From: Patescibacteria group bacterium
GTDB lineage: Bacteria > Patescibacteriota > Patescibacteriia > Patescibacteriales > UBA12465
Reading direction: 5' to 3'
Length of the DNA: 64,000 bases
Assembly (NCBI GenBank): GCA_050943055.1
Contig: JBMNOL010000002.1
Coordinates: 2,855-66,854 of the forward strand
Position 1 is the first letter of the stretch; the number at the start of each line of letters is the position of its first letter. A model generated the notes under the pieces. It was not told where the DNA came from. It saw only the letters and a program-made list of their open reading frames with translations, and searched no databases. The position numbers and the translations under genes were made by a program. Below are positions 9,396 to 19,715 of this stretch, one piece after another.

Positions 9396-10502
9396 ATGTT
9401 AACTGTGATAATTTTTTTAGCGGTTTTATCCGCTTTAGTCCTGGTTCACGAACTCGGTCATTTTTGGGCCGCTCGCTACTTCAAGGTTGGCGCTGAAGAA
9501 TTTGGCTTGGGGATGCCGCCCCGCCTTTTCGGTTTTTATCAGGGGGTAGATAATAAATGGCATTTTTTTTGGGGGACGCGCGATTTGGAACGTTTGGTGC
9601 CGTCCTTTAAAAAAACGGTTTATTCTTTAAACTGGTTGCCTTTAGGAGGGTTTGTACGCATTAAAGGCGAAAATGGTGATTCACTGGACGGTGATAGTTT
9701 TACTAGTAAAAAAATCTGGCAACGTTTCATTATTTTGGCAGCCGGTGTCACGATGAATATTTTATTCGCCGCTCTTCTTTTTAGCGTCAGCATGATGATT
9801 GGCGCGCCGCAATCGGTTACCGAAGGCGGCGAAGTAAGAGTTGTTGAAGTTGTGGCTGACTCGCCGGCAGAAGTGGCCGGCTTTGAGACTGGTGACATCT
9901 TAAAAGCTATTAACAATGAGACTTTAACCGACGTGACTGCTTTTCAAGAGGCTATCGGCGCGGCTTCCGGTCAAGAATTATTGATTACTGTTGACCGCTC
10001 CGGGCAAGAGCAGCAGTTAAGCGTCACGCCTCAGGATAAGGAAGGCCAAGTTTTAATCGGTGTTGGCTTAGATCAAGTAGAAATTGTTCGTTATCCATTT
10101 TTTAAGGCGATTTATGAAGGTTTTAAGTATACTTTAGAAATGCTCTGGTTGATTATTATTGCCTTCTTTAAATTAATTAGAGATCTCTTCGTTGGCACTC
10201 CGATTGGCGATTCGGTCGGCGGTCCGGTGATGATTGCGCAAATGACTGGCCAGGTAGCTCGTTTTGGGATTACCAATTTAATGAACTTTACCGCGCTATT
10301 GTCTTTAAACTTAGCGGTTCTTAATTTTTTCCCTTTTCCCGCCCTTGATGGCGGACGGGCCTTCCTCTTAATAGTGGAAAAATTGCGCGGCAAGCCGCTT
10401 AAAAAAGAGGTAGAAGCCTGGCTTAATAATGCCGGTTTCTTCCTGTTGATGGCTTTAATTATTTTTGTCACCTACAAAGACATCTTGCGACTCTTTAACT
10501 AA
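9396..10502 (+). CDS. rseP: RIP metalloprotease RseP (site-2 protease, M50) with PDZ domain
   Basis: HELGHF zinc motif at the N-terminus, a central PDZ-like segment and a C-terminal NFFPFPALDGG motif. Confidence 0.88.
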   Translation: MLTVIIFLAVLSALVLVHELGHFWAARYFKVGAEEFGLGMPPRLFGFYQGVDNKWHFFWGTRDLERLVPSFKKTVYSLNWLPLGGFVRIKGENGDSLDGDSFTSKKIWQRFIILAAGVTMNILFAALLFSVSMMIGAPQSVTEGGEVRVVEVVADSPAEVAGFETGDILKAINNETLTDVTAFQEAIGAASGQELLITVDRSGQEQQLSVTPQDKEGQVLIGVGLDQVEIVRYPFFKAIYEGFKYTLEMLWLIIIAFFKLIRDLFVGTPIGDSVGGPVMIAQMTGQVARFGITNLMNFTALLSLNLAVLNFFPFPALDGGRAFLLIVEKLRGKPLKKEVEAWLNNAGFFLLMALIIFVTYKDILRLFN

Positions 10503-10522
10503 TTTATAATTAAATTAACTAT

Positions 10523-10840
10523 ATGAAAATTAACTTACTAGCCACAAAAATTACACTTACTCCGGCGATTTCTCAATATGTTCAAACCAAAATGGATATG
10601 TTAGAAAAATTTCTTGGTAATACGCCGGTCATTAACTGCGATGTGGAGGTTTCCAAAGTTGGTGGCGAGCAGGCTAAGGGGGATATTTTTAAAACGGAAG
10701 TTAATCTGTCTATTCCTGGAACTTTGCTGCGCGTAGAAAAAAAAGCCTCTGATCTCTATAAGTCTATTGATAAGGTAAAGGATCATTTAGCCGAAGTGAT
10801 TGTTCAGCACCGCGAGAAAAAGCGCGATCAGAAACGCTAA
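10523..10840 (+). CDS. hpf: Ribosome hibernation/ribosome-associated inhibitor (short HPF/RaiA family)
   Basis: 105 aa. Its length and N-terminus are RaiA/HPF-like (ITLTPAISQYVQTKMDMLEKF), and it has no C-terminal dimerisation domain. Confidence 0.8.
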   Translation: MKINLLATKITLTPAISQYVQTKMDMLEKFLGNTPVINCDVEVSKVGGEQAKGDIFKTEVNLSIPGTLLRVEKKASDLYKSIDKVKDHLAEVIVQHREKKRDQKR

Positions 10841-10902
10841 AAAATAAATTGACGCCCCTCTTTAATTGAGTTAGGCTGTTTCTTTGAGATAAGATAAAAA
10901 AT

Positions 10903-13629
10903 ATGGGTTTATTAGACAAGTTATTAGGCGATCCTAATGAAAAAATTATTCGGGGGATTAAGCCGCTGGTGGCTAAAATTAACGACCTCGAGCCAGAGTT
11001 AGAAAAACTGACTCTAGACGAGTTGAAAGCTAAAACCGGCGTTTTTAAAGAACGTTTAGCATCTTCAGAAACTCTTGATGACCTACTGCCCGAAGCTTTT
11101 GCCGTGGTTAGAGAAGTTTCTAAGCGATTGTTAGGCAAGCGCCATTATGATGTTCAATTAATTGGTGGCGTCGTTTTGCATCGCGGTCAGATTGCCGAAA
11201 TGAAAACCGGCGAAGGGAAAACTTTAGTGGCCACTTTACCCTTGTATCTGAATGCTTTGACGGGCCAAGGGGTTCATTTAATTACCGTTAATGATTACCT
11301 GGCGCGTGTTGGTGCTGGTTGGATGGCGCCGGTTTTTTATGCCTTAGGCTTATCAACCAGTGTAATTATTCACGATGCCGCTTTTATTTATGATCCTGAA
11401 TATACCGACGACACTCAATATGATGAACGTTTACAGCATTTTAAGCCGATTTCCCGCCGGGAAGCTTATTATTGTGATATCACTTATGGCACTAATAACG
11501 AATTTGGTTTTGATTATTTGCGCGATAATATGGTTAGCAGTTTGGCCCAAACCGTCCAAAGAGATTTGCATTACGCCATCGTTGATGAAATTGACTCTAT
11601 TTTAATTGATGAGGCGAGAACTCCTTTAATTATTAGCGCTCCAGCCGAGGAATCAACTGACCGCTATTTTAAATTTGCTCAATTAGTACAGCGCTTAGAG
11701 GAAAATGAAGATTATAATTTAGATGAAAAGCAGCGCGCTGTTACCTTGACGGAGAATGGTATGAATAAAATGGAAAAACTGCTCGGCGTTGATAATATTT
11801 ATGTGAGCGGCGGTATTAAGGATGTACACAACATTGAACAGGCCTTGAAAGCCCATGTACTATTGAAGCGCGACAAAGATTATGTCGTCAAAGACGGTGA
11901 AATTATTATTGTGGATGAGTTTACCGGCCGTTTAATGCCGGGTCGTCGCTATAATGAAGGTTTGCATCAGGCAGTTGAAGCTAAAGAAGGGGTAAAGGTC
12001 CAAAGAGAATCGCAAACCATGGCCTCAATTACCTTCCAAAACCTATTCCGCATGTACAAAAAATTATCCGGTATGACCGGAACAGCGGTGACTGAGGCGG
12101 AGGAATTTTATAAAATTTATAAATTGGAAACAATTGTTATTCCGACCAATAAACCGAATATCAGAAAAGATTACAATGACTTGATTTATCGCACCGAAAA
12201 AGGGAAGTATGAAGCGGTCATTCGTGATGTTAAAGAAAGAAATGCTAAGGGGCAACCGATTTTAATTGGTACGATTTCTATTGAAAAGAATGAAATTTTG
12301 ACCGAGATGATGGAACGCGAAGGTTTGCACCCGGCGATGTTAAACGCTAAGAACCACCAACGGGAAGCGGAAACGATTGCTCAAGCCGGTCGCAAAGGAG
12401 CGATTACTTTGGCTACCAATATGGCTGGTCGTGGCGTTGATATTATCTTAGGCGGTACTCCTGATAACAACGACCCTGAAGATGTGGCTCGGGCTCGGGC
12501 CGAACAAGAAGAGGTTATTGCCTTGGGCGGCCTTCATGTTATTGGCACCGAGCGTCACGAATCACGCCGTATTGATAACCAGTTACGCGGCCGCGCCGGT
12601 CGCCAAGGTGATCCTGGTTCTTCTCGTTTTTATGTTTCTACCGAAGATGACTTGATGCGCATTTTTGGTGGCGATCGCATGAAAAATGCGATGAAGATGC
12701 TTAAAGTGCCTGAAGATATGCCGATTGAAAGCAGTATGATTTCAAAGTCGGTGGAATCGGCTCAGAAACGGGTGGAGGGTAATAACTTTGATACTCGTAA
12801 ACACTTGGTGGAATATGATGATGTAATTAATAAACATCGTGAAGCAATTTATCAGCGTCGTCGCGAAATTTTAGAAATTGCCGAGGGGGTCGGCGATCAT
12901 GGCGAGAGAAAATTGGGCGATATTGTTAAAGAAATTATTATAGAAGAATTAAATCAAATTGTTTCTTTTAATTGTGTCGGCGATGTTAAGGATTGGAATT
13001 TAAAGGAAGTGATCGAATCGGTGACTGCTATTTTCACCTTACAAAGTGAAGAGAAGGAAAAAATATTAGCCTACAAAGACAATACTAACCCCCAAGCTCT
13101 TACTGAACTTTTAGCCGAGCTACAAGAGTGGGCGGCGAAAAGATATGAAAAATTGGAAACTTCTTTAGAGAGCGCGGGTATTAGTTTTGTGGAAGTGGAG
13201 AAAGGAATTTTACTGCGCTCCATTGATCAGTTGTGGGTAGAGCATCTAGAAACCATGGACTATCTGCGCGGCTCGATTGGTTTGCGCGGTTATGGCCAGC
13301 GTGATCCTTTAGTCGAATACAAAAAAGAAGCCTACCGTCTGTACCGCGAGTTAAATGATTTAATTCGTCGTCAGGTCGTGTATTCAATTTATAAAACTGG
13401 CGATGCGCTTGATTTGGCCCCACAATTAGTTGCTACTTTAAAGCAGCAAACAGAGCGGCAAAATTTAAAGTTTTCTGGCGCCGCTAAAACTTCGACCGAT
13501 CATCAGCCGGGAGAAACCATTGATTTGGTGCGGGAAAAAGTCAAAGATGAGTTCGGAAAAGTTGTTGGCCGCAATGATCCTTGTCCTTGTGGTAGTGGAA
13601 AGAAATACAAGAAGTGTCACGGCGCGTAA
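10903..13629 (+). CDS. secA: Preprotein translocase ATPase SecA
   Basis: 908 aa. It has Walker [12 protein letters not shown], the DEAD-like [18 protein letters not shown] and a C-terminal zinc motif [14 protein letters not shown]. Confidence 0.97.
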   Translation: MGLLDKLLGDPNEKIIRGIKPLVAKINDLEPELEKLTLDELKAKTGVFKERLASSETLDDLLPEAFAVVREVSKRLLGKRHYDVQLIGGVVLHRGQIAEMKTGEGKTLVATLPLYLNALTGQGVHLITVNDYLARVGAGWMAPVFYALGLSTSVIIHDAAFIYDPEYTDDTQYDERLQHFKPISRREAYYCDITYGTNNEFGFDYLRDNMVSSLAQTVQRDLHYAIVDEIDSILIDEARTPLIISAPAEESTDRYFKFAQLVQRLEENEDYNLDEKQRAVTLTENGMNKMEKLLGVDNIYVSGGIKDVHNIEQALKAHVLLKRDKDYVVKDGEIIIVDEFTGRLMPGRRYNEGLHQAVEAKEGVKVQRESQTMASITFQNLFRMYKKLSGMTGTAVTEAEEFYKIYKLETIVIPTNKPNIRKDYNDLIYRTEKGKYEAVIRDVKERNAKGQPILIGTISIEKNEILTEMMEREGLHPAMLNAKNHQREAETIAQAGRKGAITLATNMAGRGVDIILGGTPDNNDPEDVARARAEQEEVIALGGLHVIGTERHESRRIDNQLRGRAGRQGDPGSSRFYVSTEDDLMRIFGGDRMKNAMKMLKVPEDMPIESSMISKSVESAQKRVEGNNFDTRKHLVEYDDVINKHREAIYQRRREILEIAEGVGDHGERKLGDIVKEIIIEELNQIVSFNCVGDVKDWNLKEVIESVTAIFTLQSEEKEKILAYKDNTNPQALTELLAELQEWAAKRYEKLETSLESAGISFVEVEKGILLRSIDQLWVEHLETMDYLRGSIGLRGYGQRDPLVEYKKEAYRLYRELNDLIRRQVVYSIYKTGDALDLAPQLVATLKQQTERQNLKFSGAAKTSTDHQPGETIDLVREKVKDEFGKVVGRNDPCPCGSGKKYKKCHGA

Positions 13630-13679
13630 AATTGCGCCACCCGTCTTAGGCCCCCGTAGGTTCATAGCAGTTATAACAA

Positions 13680-13922
13680 GTGTTCTGTAAAATAACTAAA
13701 TCTGTGAACATCAAAAAATTTTTAAAGCCGGATAAAAACCTGGTGATTAAAATTAATGGGGTTGAATATTTAGTCGATGATCAGGCGGTAGTAACAATTG
13801 AGCGCGGCGATGAAGAGATTGATTTAATTCAGTTATACGACCAAAATCATTATTTATTTAATCGCTCAGTTATTAAAGATGCTATCAATCAAGATGGGAT
13901 AATTGGTTATTTGGATAAATAA
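13680..13922 (+). CDS. Hypothetical small protein
   Basis: 80-codon ORF with a GTG start. It is AT-rich, has no recognisable motif, and is followed by a strong terminator. Confidence 0.4.
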   Translation: MFCKITKSVNIKKFLKPDKNLVIKINGVEYLVDDQAVVTIERGDEEIDLIQLYDQNHYLFNRSVIKDAINQDGIIGYLDK

Positions 13923-13967
13923 AGGGGTAAAAAAGTTGCCGCCGCCATTCTTTTAAATTGAATTTAG

Positions 13968-13993
13968 AAAACCCGAAAAGCTTCGGGTTTTTG
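13968..13993 (+). terminator. Intrinsic terminator
   Basis: ACCCGAA (13971-13977), loop AAGC, TTCGGGT (13982-13988), then a T-run. An A-run lies upstream. Confidence 0.75.
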
Positions 13994-14019
13994 TATTATT
14001 GGTGATAATTAGTTATATT
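13991..14019 (+). promoter_or_regulatory. Putative promoter with leaderless geometry
   Basis: TTGTAT (13991-13996), a 17-nt spacer, TATATT (14014-14019), then exactly 6 nt to the ATG at 14026. Confidence 0.4.
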
Positions 14020-14025
14020 ATAAAT

Positions 14026-14190
14026 ATGAAAATATCTTATATTCACAGCAGTAAAAAAGTTAAAACGGGCGCTGACTATATTAATAGTTTAATTGTGGCC
14101 TCACTTCGTCGTCAAGGAGCGAAAGTTAAGGACTTCTACCCAAGGTTTTCTCTTAGCGATACCCCGGAGGAAATAATAAGTAAAAAATAG
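14026..14190 (+). pseudogene. Possible remnant of a GT-B glycosyltransferase N-terminus (54 codons)
   Basis: MKISYIHSSKKVKTGADYINSLIVASLRRQGAKVKDFYP follows the MKI...G(A/G)...L...L...G..V pattern of GT4 N-termini, including the two GT4 genes in this window. The ORF stops after 54 codons. Confidence 0.3.
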
Positions 14191-14271
14191 TTTTTTCCTA
14201 TTTTAGCTAATTTTTATCCTTGATTTTTCAAGGATTATGTGTTAATTTAGGCAAGTTAAGACCTTAAAATT

Positions 14272-14514
14272 ATGTTTGAAAAAAAGTTCGATCCGTTGGC
14301 GGCCGGGCATAAGGCCGCCGATAAAATTTTGGCCCGGCGTGAACAGAAAGCTTTGGAAAAAGAAGCAGACTTAGTCGCCGCCCACGAAATAAAACAAAAA
14401 GAAGTGCAGCAGGAACAGGCCCGTCGCGATTTTGAGGAACGTCAAGCCGAATTAAATGATCTCTATAAAGATGATCCGATGAGCGATATTGATCCTTCGC
14501 GCCGACTTTATTAA
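14272..14514 (+). CDS. Hypothetical small charged helical protein
   Basis: 80-aa Lys/Glu/Ala-rich ORF ending 7 nt before the ileS ATG. The opposite strand is also open here, so coding status is uncertain. Confidence 0.4.
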   Translation: MFEKKFDPLAAGHKAADKILARREQKALEKEADLVAAHEIKQKEVQQEQARRDFEERQAELNDLYKDDPMSDIDPSRRLY

Positions 14515-14521
14515 ATATAAT

Positions 14522-17437
14522 ATGAGTGATGATAAGCAAGTTAATTTAAATAATCCGGTTTCCGGTTCTGAGGGGCGCGTTCAGCAATTTTGGCAGAGTG
14601 CTAAAATTTTTGAACAGTCCGTCGCTAAAGAAGCGCCGCGCGGTCGCTTTGTTTTTTATGACGGTCCGCCTTTTGCGACCGGCTTACCTCATTACGGTCA
14701 CTTAGTGGGCAGTATTATTAAAGATGTTATCCCGCGCTATCAAACGATGCGCGGTTATTCAGTGGAGCGCCGCTGGGGTTGGGATTGTCATGGCTTGCCA
14801 ATTGAAAATATTGTTGAAAAAGAATTAGGTGTCAAAAGTAAAAAAGAAATTATTGCTTTGGGGGTAGAGAAGTTTAACAATCTTTGTCGCGAGCGCGTTT
14901 CTACTTACGCCAATGAGTGGCGCACCACCATTTACCGCCTCGGTCGTTGGGTGGATATGGATAATCCTTATCGAACCATGGATTTAGATTACATGGAATC
15001 GGTTTGGTGGTTAATGAAACAGCTTTGGGATAAAGACTTAATTTATCAAGACCATCGCTCCATGCATATTTGCCCGCATTGTGAAACCACCGTTTCGCAA
15101 TCCGAGGTAGCGGAGGGTTATCAGATGATTAAAGATTTATCGGCGACGGTGAAATTTGAATTAGTTTCTGAGCCGGGCACTTTTGTTCTCGCTTGGACCA
15201 CGACGCCTTGGACTTTAATTGGCAATGTGGCTTTGGCGGTTAATAAGACAATTGATTATCTTAAAATAAAAATTGCTGAAGATTTTTATATTCTTGCTAA
15301 GGAACGGGCCGCGGAAGTTTTGATCGGAAAAGAATATGAGGTCGTAGCTACTTTTAAGGGGGCGGATTTAATTGGTCAGGCTTATCAACCTTTATTTTCT
15401 GATTATGCCAGTGATCAAGATTTAGCTAATCGGGAAAAGGGTTGGCAAATTTATGGCGCGGATTTTGTTAACACTGAAGAGGGAACTGGCATCGTCCACA
15501 TTGCCCCGGCTTTTGGTGAAGATGATTTAGTTTTAGGCCAGAAGGAAAATTTACCCTTTGTTCAACATGTTAATTTTGACGGTACGATTAAGGCGGAAGT
15601 CACTGATTTTGCCGGCTTAAATGTTAAGCCCGCCGGCGATCACCAGGCTACCGATATTGAAATTATTAAAAACTTGGCGCACCGCAATTTACTCTTTTCT
15701 AAAGCGAAATACGAACATAGTTATCCGCATTGTTGGCGCTGTGATACGCCCTTATTAAATTATGCCACCTCTTCCTGGTTTGTTAATATCACCAAAATTA
15801 AGCCGCAGTTGCTGGCCGAAGCTAAAAAAATAAATTGGTCGCCGGCTCATATTAAAGAAGGTCGTTTCGGCAATTGGTTAGAGGGGGCGCGCGATTGGTC
15901 TATTTCCAGGCAACGCTTTTGGGCCAGTGCAATTCCGATTTGGCAGTGTCCTAACGGTCACCGGCATTTAGTTGGCTCGGTGGCGGAATTAGAAGAACTA
16001 ACCGGTATCAGACCGATTACCGATATTCATAAAGATAAAGTTGACCCTCTGACTTTCCCTTGTCCGGAATGTTCGGAAACAATGACAAGAATTCCTGATG
16101 TTTTAGATTGCTGGTTTGAGTCGGGCTCGATGCCTTACGCGCAAGAGCATTATCCTTTTACTAACCAAGAGAAATTTGAAGCTAATTTTCCGGCGCAGTT
16201 TATTGCCGAAGGCGTTGACCAGACCCGTGCTTGGTTTTATTACACCCATGTTTTAGGAGTGGCCGTTAAAGGAACGCGCGCTTTTGATCAGGTCGTTGTT
16301 AATGGTATTGTTTTAGCTGAGGATGGCAAAAAGATGTCCAAACGTTTAAAAAATTACCCTGATCCGCTGCTACTAATGGATAAATATGGCGCCGATGCCC
16401 TGCGGGCTTATCTCTTAGCCGCGCCGGTGATGCAAGCGGAGAATTTTAATTTTTCCGAAAAGGGGGTTGCGGACGCCTTGCGCAAAAATATTATAATTCT
16501 CAATAATGTTTATAAGTTTTACGAGATGTATGCCGAAGGCGAGCAGCCGACTTTAGCACGACCGGAGGCAACTGGAGTTTTAGATGTTTGGATTTTGGCG
16601 AAATTAGCTCAACTGGAAACCGAAGTGACGGCCGCTCTTGAGGCTTATAATTTACCGAAAGCGATGCGCCCGATTACTGAATTTATTGATGAGCTCTCCA
16701 CTTGGTATTTGCGTCGCTCTCGTGATCGCTTTAAAGAGGAGGGCACCGATAAAGATTTAGTCTTGGCGGTTTTACGTTATGTCTTAGTGGAGCTAGCCAA
16801 AGTGATGGCCCCATTTTTACCTTTCAATGCCGAAAACTTATGGCAAGAAACAACTGCTTTTAATTTTTCTGATTCTTCTCGATCGGTTCACTTAGAGTCT
16901 TGGCCTATTCCCTCGCCCTTAACAGCTAAGGATAAAACGGTGTTAGCGAATATGTCTTTAGCCCGTCGCGCTGTAGAGCTCGGCTTGGCCCAACGTGATG
17001 CCTCCGGTATTAAAGTTCGTCAGGCACTAGCTTCGGCAACCATTAGCGGGCCCAATCCAAGCTTACCCGAAGAATATGAAAATTTAATTAAAGAAGAATT
17101 AAATGTTAAAAAATTATTCTGGGAAACGGCTGAGGTTATGGCCGTAAAACTGGATACGGTTATTACTCCGGAATTGGAGCGGGAAGGCTGGACCCGAGAA
17201 TTCATTCGCCTGATTAACAAGAACCGGAAGGATTTAAATCTTAATTTGGCCGATCGCACTAAAGTTATTATTGGTGGTGCCGACAAGGATATTCTTGAAT
17301 TTATTGAGGCGAAAAAAGAGGAGATTAAAATTGCCACTTTAAGCATTGATTGTGAATTAGTGCCTACAGCCAGCGAGAATTTGGTTAAGCTGGGCGAGCA
17401 TGAGTTCTCCCTAAATTTAGAAGTTTTAAATAAATAA
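14522..17437 (+). CDS. ileS: Isoleucyl-tRNA synthetase, type 2 (eukaryote-like)
   Basis: HIGH-type motif PHYGH and the KMSKS-type motif KMSKRLKNYPDP, which is typical of IleRS2. WCISRQ-like WSISRQRFW is also present. The start was moved to the ATG at 14522, because the ORF track begins at an upstream in-frame ATG (14489) inside the preceding ORF. Confidence 0.93.
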   Translation: MSDDKQVNLNNPVSGSEGRVQQFWQSAKIFEQSVAKEAPRGRFVFYDGPPFATGLPHYGHLVGSIIKDVIPRYQTMRGYSVERRWGWDCHGLPIENIVEKELGVKSKKEIIALGVEKFNNLCRERVSTYANEWRTTIYRLGRWVDMDNPYRTMDLDYMESVWWLMKQLWDKDLIYQDHRSMHICPHCETTVSQSEVAEGYQMIKDLSATVKFELVSEPGTFVLAWTTTPWTLIGNVALAVNKTIDYLKIKIAEDFYILAKERAAEVLIGKEYEVVATFKGADLIGQAYQPLFSDYASDQDLANREKGWQIYGADFVNTEEGTGIVHIAPAFGEDDLVLGQKENLPFVQHVNFDGTIKAEVTDFAGLNVKPAGDHQATDIEIIKNLAHRNLLFSKAKYEHSYPHCWRCDTPLLNYATSSWFVNITKIKPQLLAEAKKINWSPAHIKEGRFGNWLEGARDWSISRQRFWASAIPIWQCPNGHRHLVGSVAELEELTGIRPITDIHKDKVDPLTFPCPECSETMTRIPDVLDCWFESGSMPYAQEHYPFTNQEKFEANFPAQFIAEGVDQTRAWFYYTHVLGVAVKGTRAFDQVVVNGIVLAEDGKKMSKRLKNYPDPLLLMDKYGADALRAYLLAAPVMQAENFNFSEKGVADALRKNIIILNNVYKFYEMYAEGEQPTLARPEATGVLDVWILAKLAQLETEVTAALEAYNLPKAMRPITEFIDELSTWYLRRSRDRFKEEGTDKDLVLAVLRYVLVELAKVMAPFLPFNAENLWQETTAFNFSDSSRSVHLESWPIPSPLTAKDKTVLANMSLARRAVELGLAQRDASGIKVRQALASATISGPNPSLPEEYENLIKEELNVKKLFWETAEVMAVKLDTVITPELEREGWTREFIRLINKNRKDLNLNLADRTKVIIGGADKDILEFIEAKKEEIKIATLSIDCELVPTASENLVKLGEHEFSLNLEVLNK

Positions 17438-17456
17438 TAAACTAATTAAAAAATTT

Positions 17457-18014
17457 ATGATTACTTGGATCATTTTGGCGGTAGCGGTGATTTTAATCTT
17501 CGCTATCATTGGTCTCTATAATAGTTTGGTTACCGGCAAAAACCGAGTGGAAGAAGCGCTATCTGATATGGATGTGCAACTTAAACGACGTTACGACTTG
17601 ATTCCTAATTTGGTGGAAACGGTCAAAGGTTATGCCGCTCATGAGGAGGGAACTTTGGCAAAAGTGATCGCCGCTCGTAATTCGGCGATGGAAGTGCCGA
17701 GTACCGATCCCCAGAAAAAAATGGTGGTGGAAAATCAATTGTCTTCCACGCTTCGATCCATCTTTGCTTTAGCGGAAAATTATCCGGATCTAAAAGCCAA
17801 TCAAAACTTTTTAGAGCTGCAACGTGAGCTCACCGATACCGAAGATAAAATCATGGCTTCCCGCCGCTTTTACAACGGCAATGTTCGTGACTTTAACACT
17901 AAGTTACAAGTCTTTCCGACTAACTTAATCAACAAAATGTTAAAGTTTGAAGAATATAAATTTTATGAATTGGCTGATGCTGCTCAAAAAGAAAATGTTA
18001 CTGTTAAATTTTAA
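17457..18014 (+). CDS. lemA: LemA family membrane protein
   Basis: 185 aa. It has an N-terminal TM segment followed by YNSLV...VEEALSDMDVQLKRRYDLIPNLVETVKGYA, which is typical of LemA. Confidence 0.85.
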   Translation: MITWIILAVAVILIFAIIGLYNSLVTGKNRVEEALSDMDVQLKRRYDLIPNLVETVKGYAAHEEGTLAKVIAARNSAMEVPSTDPQKKMVVENQLSSTLRSIFALAENYPDLKANQNFLELQRELTDTEDKIMASRRFYNGNVRDFNTKLQVFPTNLINKMLKFEEYKFYELADAAQKENVTVKF

Positions 18015-18036
18015 TTAACTATTAGCAAAAAAACCT

Positions 18037-18789
18037 ATGTTTTGGACAATCGCTGGGGTTTTGGTAATTTTAGTTTTATCTTGCCTTAAGCAAGTTAACC
18101 AATGGGAAAGAGGAGTTGTTTTTACCATGGGGCGTTATTCTTACACCATGGAACCGGGTTGGAGGTTATTACTGCCAGTCTTTCAAACTTTTAAAAAAGT
18201 AGATATTCGTATTAAAGCGGTTGATGTGCCTGATCAAAAAGCAATTACTCGTGATAACGTTTCGGTGACCGTTAATGCCGTTATTTATTATAAAGTAGCT
18301 GATGCCCCCAAGGCGGTTATTGAGGTAGAAAATTTTTACTATGCCGTTTCTCAGTATGCGCAAACAACGATGAGAAATATTGTTGGTGAAGTGACTTTAG
18401 ATGAGCTATTAGGACAACGTGATAAGATTGCTGAGAGAATTAAAGAAATTGTTGATAAAGAAACTGATGAGTGGGGCATTAAAGTAAACAATGTTGAACT
18501 TAAAGACGTTTCTCTTCCTGAATCAATGGAGAGAACTATTGCTAAGCAAGCCGAAGCGGAGCGTGAGAAACGAGCGGTAATAATTAATTCTGAAGGTGAA
18601 TTGGCCGCGGCCACTAATATCGCTCAGGCCGCTAGTATCTTAAATACTTCCGATGGCGCCCTGCATTTACGGACCCTCCAATCAATTAATGATCTTTCTA
18701 GCGACCAATCAAATACCGTGGTTGTGATGACGCCGGTAGAAATACTGCGCGCCTTTGAGGGCGGGTTTAAAAAGAAAGAAAATAAATAA
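18037..18789 (+). CDS. SPFH/Band-7 (stomatin-like) protein
   Basis: 250 aa. It has an N-terminal TM segment, an SPFH core (ITRDNVSVTVNAVIYYKV...) and a coiled AEAEREKRA segment. Confidence 0.85.
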   Translation: MFWTIAGVLVILVLSCLKQVNQWERGVVFTMGRYSYTMEPGWRLLLPVFQTFKKVDIRIKAVDVPDQKAITRDNVSVTVNAVIYYKVADAPKAVIEVENFYYAVSQYAQTTMRNIVGEVTLDELLGQRDKIAERIKEIVDKETDEWGIKVNNVELKDVSLPESMERTIAKQAEAEREKRAVIINSEGELAAATNIAQAASILNTSDGALHLRTLQSINDLSSDQSNTVVVMTPVEILRAFEGGFKKKENK

Positions 18790-18797
18790 TAATTAAC

Positions 18798-19709
18798 ATG
18801 ACTCTATATCAACATCAAGCGGATAACAAAAGGCGCACTTGGTTGCTAATGGCAATCTTTTTTGGTCTGGTTATTGGCGTTGGTTATGCCATTTCCTGGT
18901 ATTTTGATAGCCCGGTGATTTTGATTGCGGCCGCCATCTTTAGTATCATCTCCAGTTTCGTTAGTTATTGGTGGAGCGATAAAATTGTTTTATCTATGGC
19001 TGGCGCGCGTTTAGTGGACCCGAATTCCGATAAAGAGATTTACCGCTTGGTAGAAAATCTTTGTATCACCGCCGGTCTGCCGGTACCCAAGATATATGTT
19101 ATTGAGGATGACGCGCCTAATGCCTTTGCTACTGGCCGCGACCCTGAACACGCAGCGCTTGCTTTTACAACCGGTTTGCTCCGGCGCTTAGATAAGGTGG
19201 AAGTAGAGGGAGTGGCTGCTCACGAACTATCGCATATCGGTAATTATGATATTTTAATTTCCACGATTGCCACCGTTTTGGTGGGTGTGGTTATTGTCAT
19301 TATTGATTGGTCGGCGCGTGGTTTGGTTTGGGGCGGCGGTCATCGTAGCGACGACAGCAAAGGTTCTAATCCTTTAGGCGTTATTTTAGTCGTCCTACTT
19401 TTAATTATTGCGCCCCTGGCGGCTCAGCTGATGCAGTTGGCTATTTCGCGCAAGCGAGAGTATTTAGCTGATAGCAGTGCTGGTTTACTAACTCGTTATC
19501 CTGAAGGTTTGGCACGAGCTTTAGAAAAAATTAGTGTCGCGCCGCAGAATTTAAAAAAGGCGAATGCGGCCACAGCCCACATGTATATTGTGGCGCCGCT
19601 TCAAAGTAATGAGAAGAAAAATAAAACCTCGATCTTTAGTAAGCTCCTAATGACTCATCCTCCGGTTGAAGAACGGGTTGCTCGTTTAAGAAGCCTCGAT
19701 ATTAATTAA
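18798..19709 (+). CDS. htpX: M48 zinc metalloprotease HtpX homologue
   Basis: HELSHI zinc motif, four hydrophobic segments and a C-terminal THPPVEERV motif. Confidence 0.88.
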   Translation: MTLYQHQADNKRRTWLLMAIFFGLVIGVGYAISWYFDSPVILIAAAIFSIISSFVSYWWSDKIVLSMAGARLVDPNSDKEIYRLVENLCITAGLPVPKIYVIEDDAPNAFATGRDPEHAALAFTTGLLRRLDKVEVEGVAAHELSHIGNYDILISTIATVLVGVVIVIIDWSARGLVWGGGHRSDDSKGSNPLGVILVVLLLIIAPLAAQLMQLAISRKREYLADSSAGLLTRYPEGLARALEKISVAPQNLKKANAATAHMYIVAPLQSNEKKNKTSIFSKLLMTHPPVEERVARLRSLDIN

Positions 19710-19715
19710 TTACTC

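Noticed and set aside
14489-14521. Upstream in-frame starts in the ORF track: ileS at 14489, PfkB at 24054, HIT at 25543, GT4 at 28481, S8 at 29707, rpsK at 47666, prfB at 51087, rpmB at 53988, tuf at 58412, rpsJ at 59710 and rpsS at 63119.
   Set aside because: The extensions begin at upstream in-frame codons (TTG or GTG, or ATG for ileS and prfB), overlap upstream genes or terminator hairpins, and add non-homologous residues. The downstream ATG gives the canonical protein N-terminus.
14191-14521. A T-box riboswitch upstream of ileS.
   Set aside because: No T-box consensus (AAnnnGGGUGGnACCGCG-like) or specifier-loop architecture is visible. The region is instead an open reading frame with one local GC hairpin.
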